From Sumerlaeia bacterium (GTDB taxonomy: Bacteria; Sumerlaeota; Sumerlaeia; SLMS01; JAHLLQ01): a stretch of DNA of 64,000 nt. The stretch covers positions 96,001 to 160,000 of the forward strand of contig JAVJSW010000004.1 of assembly GCA_040219255.1 (NCBI GenBank), written 5' to 3'. Below are positions 44,120 through 52,290 of this stretch, in pieces; position 1 is the first letter of the stretch, and each line of letters begins with the position of its first letter. The translations under genes and the position numbers were made by a program. The notes under the pieces are model-generated. The model saw nothing but the letters and a program-made list of their open reading frames with translations. It was not told the DNA's origin and made no database searches.

Positions 44120-46037
44120 CGTTCCAGCCTCACGTCGTGAATGGCTATCGTGCCTTCACCCTGACCCGGCGTAATCATCACGATGGGACCGCGCATGGCC
44201 TTGAGATCGACGACGCGCTTGCCGTCCTGATTCCCCCAGTTCGTTCGGGGTTGCAGGTTCGCCAAAGGCAGACGGTAGATCGTCGCCTCACCGGTTCCCA
44301 GTTGGGTTTCCCACAGGAACGACTCGCCGTCGTCTCCGGCGCGGCCGTAGCTCTGCGAACCCGGGGCGGCGGCGCCCGCTTCCTCGAAGATCACGTTGAA
44401 TTTCAGGCCCTCGGGCGCGGTGGCTTCGACAACGAGCGTGTCGTAGCCATCGAGGTCGGCGACCATCCCCGCCCCATCGGGCGAGGGCGTCGCCACCGGG
44501 CTGGGCGCCACAAAGGTCATCCCCGCGCCCCAGTCGTGGCCGCTATCGTAGGTCAGTTGGAGACCGCCACTGACGGCCGGGCCGATCAGCAGCGACGCAT
44601 CGGACGCGGCGAAGGCCTCGAAGGGAAGGGAGGGGCTGCTGAGGAACGAAAGCCGGGGCGGGCGATCCGGGTACTGGCCGGGATTCACCACGACCTGCGA
44701 GGGTTCGGGCAGTGCATCCGGTGCCCGCAGTTCGCTGACCCGATGTTCGGCGATGGCCGCCGCGTTGCCGCGAATCATGCCGCGGATCAGCTCCGTGTAG
44801 GGCCGGTGCTCGATATCGACGATGCCGTAGTTGCTGTTCTCGCCATCGAAGCGTCCCTGCGGCGACTGGTCGGAGAATTCGAACCAGTGCATGCCGACCA
44901 TCATCGGCCATGCCATGTTGTTCGGCAGGAAGTCATCATAGCGGGCGCCGCGCTCGGCCTGGGTTTGCACCACCGAGCCCGCGCCGCTTTGTTCGGATTG
45001 CCGCTCGTGTTCTGCTCGGCGCGCCAGGAAAACTCCGTGATCATCAGGGGCTTGCGGCCGCCTTCGATCCAATAGCGCGCGATCAGGCGCCAGTCCTCGC
45101 GCGAGCTGCCCCGGTAGTTGTTGAAGGACACTACATCGCAATAGCGCCCACAGATTTCCACGACCGGTTTTGGAGCCGTGCCGGCAAAGCGCGTCCCCAG
45201 AAGAAGCGTGCCGGGGCGCTCGCGGTCCATCACGCGCCGGGCAGTGGAATAGAAAAGTTCAGCCACCATTTCCGTGAACGCGGCGCGGTCGGCCAGAGCG
45301 CCCTCCGACGTCGTCGATTTCGCCAGCGCGTCCGTCAGGTCGTCCCAGTCAACCATCTCGATTTTCCAAGCCTCCGCGAAGGCCTTGGCGTCGCCGTCGT
45401 AGCGCGCCTTCAGCCACTTCATCGCTTCGCCCCGGTGAAGGCTGTCCGCGGGCAGGGCCAGGTACTCCTCGAGGACCGTGTGGTAATCCAGAGGCGTCCA
45501 GGGCGATACGCCGTACCATGCCATTTCGTTGTCGAGGAAAACGCCAAGGACTTGCTCGGGATGGACCAGATCGGCGAATACCTTGCGGACGTTGCGGGTC
45601 ATGCGCTCTTCGAGTTGCGGGTCCAGGATCGTCGTGACGCGGTTCGGCTCGGCGCTGATAACGTAGAGGATGGGTGTTTCGTAGAGACTGCCGTCGTTGA
45701 GCTTCGGGTCGCTCCAGGCACCGATCGTGTTGAAGCCGGCATGTTTCAGGATACGGCGCGCGTCCGCGGCCCAGGCCTCGAAGTCTCCGTCGAACTGGCG
45801 CTCGACCGCGTTGTAGTAGGTGGTGTCCGGGGGCGCCATGAAGTCGTGGACGGGGACGATGTGGTTGACGCCGAGAGAGACGAACGGCTCGCCGGGGTTC
45901 TCCGCGTCCACAAACCAGAATTTGCCGTCGGGAGTTTGCTCGAGCGCGAATCGCCCGCTGGCGAAGGAGGCGCCGGTCAGGGCTAAGCTCCAGGCGGCGG
46001 CTAGGCACAGAAGGGAAAGACTTCGATTCTGAATCAT
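44116..46037 (-). pseudogene. Secreted GH50-like glycoside hydrolase with C-terminal CBM-like domain, split by a one-base frameshift near 44987
   Basis: ORF 44901-46055 carries GFNTIGAWSD, FLDNEMAW, DVVSFNNY and KPLMITEFSW. ORF 44116-45141 continues QAERGARY..VGMHWFEFSDQ..GRFDGENSNYGIVD. One extra base in AAC AAA GC GGC GCG joins them. May be a sequencing error. Confidence 0.75.
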
Positions 46038-46172
46038 GGTCCTGTCGGGTTCCAAGTCAAAGATGGGGCCCCGTGACGGAGCAGATAGTGAAGCCGATGG
46101 CAGGCGGACGCCCTCGGCGCAGGCGGTGAGAGAAGAGGCCGAGGCCCTGCATAGGATCGAGTCGAGTTGGGC

Positions 46173-46871
46173 TTAGCGGGAAACCAGGGCGTCGCCACCG
46201 CCATAGGAACTGCGAATGATGTCACCGACGGAGATCGTGCCGTTCGTGGCGTCGTACACCGGCCACTCGCCCATCGGAGCACCAAAGCCACCGGTGGGAA
46301 GGCCATCTTCGGTGTTACGGCGGTTGATGTTCTGCCACTTATCGGGGCCGGGCGAATAGAGGAGCCAGACGTCGGGGTTCGAGCCGGCGGGAGCGGCGTT
46401 GGGCGAGCCGACGCCGGGAGCGACCATTTCGAGAAGAGTCTTCTCTGTCGGGCTGAGGGGGGATTCGATGGCGCGGCGGTAATCGTACAGGTTGCGCGGA
46501 TCGGTGGGGGCTCCGGCCCATTCCTTGTCACCCTGGAACGCATCGACGGGGAAGGATGTGAGGTAAGAGATCGGCGTCGTCAATTGCACGTAGATGGTTC
46601 GCGAGAACGTGGCCGGGCTGTAGGCGGGGGCGTGGGGCGCATCGACGGCGGCGAGCGGGAATTTATTGGTGTCGACGCGATAGGATTCGATGCCGGTGGC
46701 AACGGTGCGCATGTCCGCCAGAGCGCGGCTGACTTTGCTGCGGGTCTGCGCTTCCAGAAAGTTGGGCACCGCGATGGCCGCGAGAATGGCGATGATCGCG
46801 ACGACGATCAGCAGTTCGATGAGTGTGAAACCCGGGGTGCGATTTCGGCGGAGGTGAGCGAAAATGGTCAT
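46173..46871 (-). CDS. Prepilin-type N-terminal cleavage/methylation protein (type IV pilin/pseudopilin-like) 2
   Basis: PG|FTLIELLIVVAIIAILAAIAVPNF; LTTPISY, SPGPD and YDATNGTISVGD motifs. First gene of the GH50-ABC operon. Confidence 0.92.
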   Translation of the reverse strand: MTIFAHLRRNRTPGFTLIELLIVVAIIAILAAIAVPNFLEAQTRSKVSRALADMRTVATGIESYRVDTNKFPLAAVDAPHAPAYSPATFSRTIYVQLTTPISYLTSFPVDAFQGDKEWAGAPTDPRNLYDYRRAIESPLSPTEKTLLEMVAPGVGSPNAAPAGSNPDVWLLYSPGPDKWQNINRRNTEDGLPTGGFGAPMGEWPVYDATNGTISVGDIIRSSYGGGDALVSR

Positions 46872-47069
46872 GACGGCGACTCTCTTTCTGTGATTGGGGA
46901 ATCGGAGTGCGGTTCGAAGGCCGATGAGCAAGGCGGCAATGGAACGATTTCCCGGGGATTTGGAGACAGGTTCGCCAGACGCGGAAAACCCGGGGAGAGA
47001 AACAGAGCAGAAAACACCACGCGCCGCGGGTTTGCAAATCAAAAGGACCGCTCCGATCCGATGAACAAC

Positions 47070-47096
47070 GTTCACGATAACGTTCCGGCTTGTCAA
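47070..47096 (-). promoter_or_regulatory. TTGACA -35 with operator in the spacer, driving the pilin2-GH50-ABC operon
   Basis: Minus strand reads TTGACA AGCCGGAACGTTATCGTGAAC; operator GTTATCGTGAAC at 47070-47081. Confidence 0.6.
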
Positions 47097-47278
47097 ACGC
47101 AAAATCCCCGCGGGGGAACTTTTTCCCACCCCGGCGCCGGACGAGACTCCACCCCGCCTCCGCGTTGCCACTCAACCTGCGACTGGAACCAGAAACCGTT
47201 CTGCCGCGCCACGCCTTGGGACTCAGAGCCTGTGGCCCTCGCGAAGTCCAGGGCGTACCATTAGCGAGCGATGCGCTC

Positions 47279-47290
47279 GTTATCGCTAAC
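47279..47290. promoter_or_regulatory. Putative operator GTTATCGCTAAC
   Basis: 11/12 match to the consensus, between pilin 2 and the divergent Tc-like operon. Confidence 0.6.
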
Positions 47291-47541
47291 TTTCCTATCC
47301 CCGTCAACTCCCCCACTGCTCGCTATGGACCGCTGCTTTGCCTGCCTCATCCCTCGCCTTCATCGCTTGGCTCCAGGGCGGAGTGTCGAACGTGGGCGTC
47401 GAACGTGGGCGTGGGTAACGGAACCGAGGGCGGCTGGCGCGGCGCTGGACGATGGCGGCTGGGAAAGTTTTTCCGGCATTTCCGCTTGCACATTCGTGCA
47501 AACCGGAGTGTTTGGGTCTTTCTTTCAAATGGAACCAAGCT

Positions 47542-50500
47542 ATGAAGCCCACGCGTTTGTTTCTGTGCACGGCCCTTATGGCCATTCTTGCGTCCACACT
47601 GGTCCGTGCGGAAGTCACTCAGAAGGTAGAACTTAGGCCGGGATGGAACCTCTATTCGGCTTGGTTCGACTCTCCCGCTTTCGTCGACCCAGAGATTTAT
47701 TTTTCTCCTTTGCTAGAGGGGACGGAGGGCACTAAGCCGCTCAAGCTGGCTTATCGCTGGCGCAACACAACGCCAGACGGTGACCCGTTGGCCGCGGCGG
47801 ATGGCGAGTGGTCGCTCTACGTTTTCGACATTCCGTCCTCGCTGCCCGACTTTCCGACGACCGCTGGGGCGTATCTGCTGGCGGATCCAGAATTCACGCA
47901 ACTTGAGAAATATCAGGCCTATTGGCTTTACCTCGAACTGCCTGTCGACGAAGAGTCGGTCGATTTCGTGACGACCGGGACACTCGGCCCGGGGGCGGTG
48001 CATTTCGATCGGGGGTGGAATCTGCTGGGGTTGCCGCTGGGGGATTCCTTGGCGGTTTCGGGGACGCGGACTCAGATCGATTTCGAGTCGGTGCTGCGCG
48101 GGGCGCGCGACCGAATCGCCGAAGTGTACTACGTGGATTCCAATAACGGAACAGGATTTTATCCCGCCGAACCGATCGAAGGCGCCATCCCGGCGATCAG
48201 CACTTTTTTCTCCGGCAGTTTCGTTTCCGGTTCGGGCAATTGGTTTTACGCGACGGAAGATTTCGATCTCACACCGAAACTGAGAACTGTCTTTCCGCCC
48301 GATTCGGATTTTCCTCCCGAGAACCTCAATGGTGCGCCGGTGGCTGACGACGTGGATCGCAATCGCTACCACAATGTCACGGGCATCATCGAGGACGGCG
48401 AGGATGTGCGCGACATCGTCTTCCGCTTTCAAGCGCTGGAAGCACTCGTCGAGGAAGTGCTGCCGGTGACGATCTCAAACCGGGGCACCCGTTCCGAGTT
48501 GGAGAACGCCGATCCCGAAGACGACGGCCAAGGTGTCCTGGCGTACCAGGTCACGTGGCATCCGCTGCGGCCGGGATATACGACACCTCACGATCCGCTG
48601 ACCACGCCGGCCGCAAGCGCCTACATCCCAGTGGACGACTTCAGCGAATTCCCGGAGGATTCACCGTTCCGCACCTGGCTGCGGGCTTTGCTGCCGACCG
48701 AGACGCGGGTGCTGCTGCCCGATGGGCGGGTCGACCCGGTGGTGGTTTCGCGGGCGCAGCCACTGAGCGAGAACCCGGTGACGGGCTTTTCCTCGACGGA
48801 TATCAACGGCCTGACTCTCGTTGCGGATCGAGCCGGGCTGCCGGTGAATACCTCGACGGCGGATGTGGATTCGCAGGGGGCGCCCAAGCCGATCAACAAT
48901 CTGCTCGCGCATGGCGAGTTGCACATTCACAGCAACGCGGCGCCGGTGAGGCGCGTTCGCGTGCGGGCGGAAGTCCCGCCCCTGGCCGGCACCTTCGAGG
49001 GCAAAGCCTACATCACGCGCATCAATGGCATTCCGGCCGATCCGGCCTTCTCGATGGACATGTCGCTTTCGCTCTTCGAGGACGCGGAGCAGCGGCTGCG
49101 CGGCGTCATCGATTCGGAGCGCGTTCTGCTCTATCCAAAGGATGTGCCGATCACCGGGACGAAGCTGACATCCGATGGAAACCGTTATGTCCTGACGGGG
49201 TCGTTCTTTCTCAACCCGGGCGACGTGAACCGCCACCCTTACGACCGCTACAATCCATCGCTGTCTGACGATGGCACGGGCGATGTGGACTGGGATTTGG
49301 ATGGGAAGTACGACCGCCTGAATCCGCTGCCATACCTGATCGAGCGCTCCATGATTTTCTATGGCTACCGCGAGAGCGACCGGCTTCTGTCCGGCGAGTT
49401 CTCCGAAACGCTCGCCGGACTGACCGCCGAACCGATGAACCTGGAGGGCGTCTTCGAGGTCTTGCGTGTCAGTTACGAGGCGCGCAAGCGGGGCGAGTTG
49501 TCCTGGACCAACCCCCGCATTATCGCCATGGACGCCACAGGCCTTAGCCCTTTCGAGGAAATTCGCTCGACCGTGAAGGTGGACCGGCCTGTGCGCATCG
49601 ACGATCTGACGGTGGAACTCGCCATCGACCATCCGCGGGTTGGCGATCTGGAAGTTTCCCTTCAGGCACCGGACCTGAATGAGTACGTGATCTTCGCCGT
49701 GGACGATTTCACCTCGGGCGGCGTCAACTTCGATGGCCGCACGGCAAACCTTTACGAAGCCTTCAGCTCGGCGCCCACCGCGCCGCCCGGCTCTCTCCAG
49801 TACCGCAAGAACCGCACGCGGCGGGCTCCGGACCTGGGCAAGTTGAAGGGCGTCGTCGCGGGAAGCGCGACGCTCTACGGACGGGCCTCGATCAACGGCG
49901 AGGAAACCCCCAACGTCCCGGCGGCGCTGGACTCGTCCCAGACGGCTTGCTTCAGCCTGTTTTCCGAGTCCGGGGGCTTTCTCTGCGATCCCGCCGACCC
50001 CGGCTCCGAGCCCCCGGCGGCTCTTGCCATCGCCAACAATTCCCGCACCGTCCGCGTCAGTTCCTGGTACTTCCGCTCGGGCGCCTCCGAGGACGAAGTG
50101 ACGGACTTGGTTTGCTCGACAGACGGCTTCGCGGCTCGCTACCTTTCGACCGGCGATCCACTGGAAGCGGGGTCCGTGATCGGTGTGGTGCTCAGGGCCG
50201 ATCCCAATCCCATCGATCCAAACCCCAACGATGGCGACACCGCGACGACCACCAGTTGGCTCCTCGACATCGACACGTATCAGGCCGGACTGTCTTATCC
50301 ACCGCAGCTCCTGGAATTCATCGAAGCCCGGACGCTGCCGACCTGCCAGGACAACCTCGCCTTTCCCAATTTCTCCGCCGCACCCCAGGTCGAGGAACGA
50401 GCGGGCAGCTTGATCCTGAGCGCCCGCGACCGCAGCGGAGCCACCTTCCGCGGAGGCGCCCTCTGCGTCGTCTATTTCCGCGTCCTGCCAGTCGACGAAC

Positions 50501-52290
50501 CGGAGCGGCAAACTTGGCTGAGGACGCCGCTGACTTTGCCGGCCGACAGCGTCACGACCGCCGCGGTTTCGCTCGGCGGCGGGGGGAAATTGACCGACGT
50601 GAACCTGAATGGACTCAACATCACCCATCCCTCTATGGGGGACTTGACGCTCGAACTCGAGGCCCCCGGTGGCCAGCGCATTGTGCTGATGGACCGCGAA
50701 GGCGGCGACGGTGGCAATGCGGTCAACCTGACTTTCGACGATGAATCCGCCGAGTCGATCCTCGGCACCGCCGCGCCATTCACCGGACGTTTTCAGCCCC
50801 AGGAACCGCTCGCCTGTCTGATCGGGGCGGGCAACGCCACCGTTTGTGGTTTTGCCCAAGTCGAAACCGATGGCGAGGGTCAGTGGATTCTTCGCATCAC
50901 CAATCACAACCAGACGCGTTCCGGAAAGCTGAATTCCTGGGGGCTGGAAGCCAACCGGCGCTTGTCCCCGAATTACGCGGTGAACCTGACGGCGCCACCG
51001 ACGCTCTGGACCTTGATCGTGCGCGACTCGGTGCAGGGCCCGGAAGACGCCGTCCCCAACCCGCGCCTGGTGCGCTGGGGCCTTCGCGTCAGCACCAGCG
51101 GCGGCCAGATCAAGGGCACCGTGGTCAACGAGTCAGGCAGCCCCGTGCGCGACGCCCGCGTCTCCCTTGTAGGACGGGAAGTCATCCCCGAACGCGTCAC
51201 CGCCTCCGACGGCTCCTTCAGCTTCGACGCGGAATTCGGCATCTACACCCTCACGGTCTCGCATCCGGATTACCAGCAGGCCTCCGTGACTCGGCGCTTC
51301 TTCGAAAACGACAGTGCCGATTCGCAGGTCCTGGACGTCGGTGAGGTCACTCTCCTCCGCCGCCAGGGCTTCGAGGAAGCGGGACGCTACGCGCTGACGG
51401 TTCAGCCCTACGAGGCGTGGGTTCTGGCCGAGGATACCGCGGAAACCGCCTACGACGAGTCCACCACGGAGGTGCGCATCGAGTTCAAGGTGCCCTCCGG
51501 CGCGGATCTCGGCGTCCATACGATGACGGTCTACGCGTTCGATGGCGCCACCACATCGCCGGTTTCGCTGACGGTGACTTCGTTGGATGGTTCCTCGTCC
51601 CAGACAGCCACGACCATCGCGGGCGGCATGCGGGAGATCTACGCAGGAACCGCCAAGTTCGGTGCGGGCGTCTATGCCTTCACCATCCAGACGAATCAGC
51701 CCACCTTCCCGGGTCTGGCCACTAGCGAAGTCGCCGCGCCTCTGCCCCTCACCGTCCACAGCACCCAGGGACAAGGGTCGAAGAACTGGTGGATCAACCG
51801 CTATGCGTTCTATACCGGGACTAGCGACCCCATCGGCGACAAGAACCCCGCCAACACGCCCAACGATCCGGCTCAGTGGAATTACTTCCTGCGCGACACG
51901 GCAGGATTCGATCTCGACCGGCCATCGGTCGCGGTGGCCGGAAACACCGTGTCGCCCTATCCGGCGGCGGCCTACTCGACGCAAATCGACCCGCAGGACA
52001 GCGAGAGCTTCGCCTACGAAGACGATCTGGATGTCTTCCCCAACCCAAGCCCCGACGGAAGCCCCAACCCCGACGGGCGCTACGATCCTTATCCCAGAAA
52101 TCCGGACGGCGGGCAGCTTCGTTGGCGAGCCTTCCTGTCCTTCAATTCTCAAATCGTCGGCAGTTCCTTCGGCACTCTTCAGGAGCGGCGCCCCGCCGGC
52201 CAGGAAGCGGCGCCCCAGGTCGGGACGATCTTCTTCAGCGGCGCCATGCCCCTATTCGCTATCCAGGAACGAGAGGACTCAACTCCGTGA
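47542..52290 (+). CDS. Large secreted multidomain protein (two GWNL repeats, two proprotein-convertase P-like domains, carboxypeptidase-regulatory-like domain)
   Basis: Signal peptide (VRA|E); LRPGWNL / FDRGWNL; IDHPRVGDLEVSLQAP and ITHPSMGDLTLELEAP..GQWILRI..GKLNSWGL; IKGTVVNESGSPVRDARV..GIYTLTVSHPDY. Confidence 0.8.
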   Translation: MKPTRLFLCTALMAILASTLVRAEVTQKVELRPGWNLYSAWFDSPAFVDPEIYFSPLLEGTEGTKPLKLAYRWRNTTPDGDPLAAADGEWSLYVFDIPSSLPDFPTTAGAYLLADPEFTQLEKYQAYWLYLELPVDEESVDFVTTGTLGPGAVHFDRGWNLLGLPLGDSLAVSGTRTQIDFESVLRGARDRIAEVYYVDSNNGTGFYPAEPIEGAIPAISTFFSGSFVSGSGNWFYATEDFDLTPKLRTVFPPDSDFPPENLNGAPVADDVDRNRYHNVTGIIEDGEDVRDIVFRFQALEALVEEVLPVTISNRGTRSELENADPEDDGQGVLAYQVTWHPLRPGYTTPHDPLTTPAASAYIPVDDFSEFPEDSPFRTWLRALLPTETRVLLPDGRVDPVVVSRAQPLSENPVTGFSSTDINGLTLVADRAGLPVNTSTADVDSQGAPKPINNLLAHGELHIHSNAAPVRRVRVRAEVPPLAGTFEGKAYITRINGIPADPAFSMDMSLSLFEDAEQRLRGVIDSERVLLYPKDVPITGTKLTSDGNRYVLTGSFFLNPGDVNRHPYDRYNPSLSDDGTGDVDWDLDGKYDRLNPLPYLIERSMIFYGYRESDRLLSGEFSETLAGLTAEPMNLEGVFEVLRVSYEARKRGELSWTNPRIIAMDATGLSPFEEIRSTVKVDRPVRIDDLTVELAIDHPRVGDLEVSLQAPDLNEYVIFAVDDFTSGGVNFDGRTANLYEAFSSAPTAPPGSLQYRKNRTRRAPDLGKLKGVVAGSATLYGRASINGEETPNVPAALDSSQTACFSLFSESGGFLCDPADPGSEPPAALAIANNSRTVRVSSWYFRSGASEDEVTDLVCSTDGFAARYLSTGDPLEAGSVIGVVLRADPNPIDPNPNDGDTATTTSWLLDIDTYQAGLSYPPQLLEFIEARTLPTCQDNLAFPNFSAAPQVEERAGSLILSARDRSGATFRGGALCVVYFRVLPVDEPERQTWLRTPLTLPADSVTTAAVSLGGGGKLTDVNLNGLNITHPSMGDLTLELEAPGGQRIVLMDREGGDGGNAVNLTFDDESAESILGTAAPFTGRFQPQEPLACLIGAGNATVCGFAQVETDGEGQWILRITNHNQTRSGKLNSWGLEANRRLSPNYAVNLTAPPTLWTLIVRDSVQGPEDAVPNPRLVRWGLRVSTSGGQIKGTVVNESGSPVRDARVSLVGREVIPERVTASDGSFSFDAEFGIYTLTVSHPDYQQASVTRRFFENDSADSQVLDVGEVTLLRRQGFEEAGRYALTVQPYEAWVLAEDTAETAYDESTTEVRIEFKVPSGADLGVHTMTVYAFDGATTSPVSLTVTSLDGSSSQTATTIAGGMREIYAGTAKFGAGVYAFTIQTNQPTFPGLATSEVAAPLPLTVHSTQGQGSKNWWINRYAFYTGTSDPIGDKNPANTPNDPAQWNYFLRDTAGFDLDRPSVAVAGNTVSPYPAAAYSTQIDPQDSESFAYEDDLDVFPNPSPDGSPNPDGRYDPYPRNPDGGQLRWRAFLSFNSQIVGSSFGTLQERRPAGQEAAPQVGTIFFSGAMPLFAIQEREDSTP

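Noticed and set aside
44975-45000. Programmed frameshift or phase variation in the GH50-like gene
   Set aside because: No slippery heptamer or simple-sequence tract at the junction.
27759-47290. Recurrent 12-bp palindromes as CRISPR repeats or mobile-element ends
   Set aside because: Too short, dispersed, no regular spacers, and no cas, transposase or integrase genes. Their positions fit operators.
51876-52286. N-terminal extension of the TcA-like ORF
   Set aside because: Overlaps the upstream gene. GTG 52287 gives a clean signal peptide and translational coupling.
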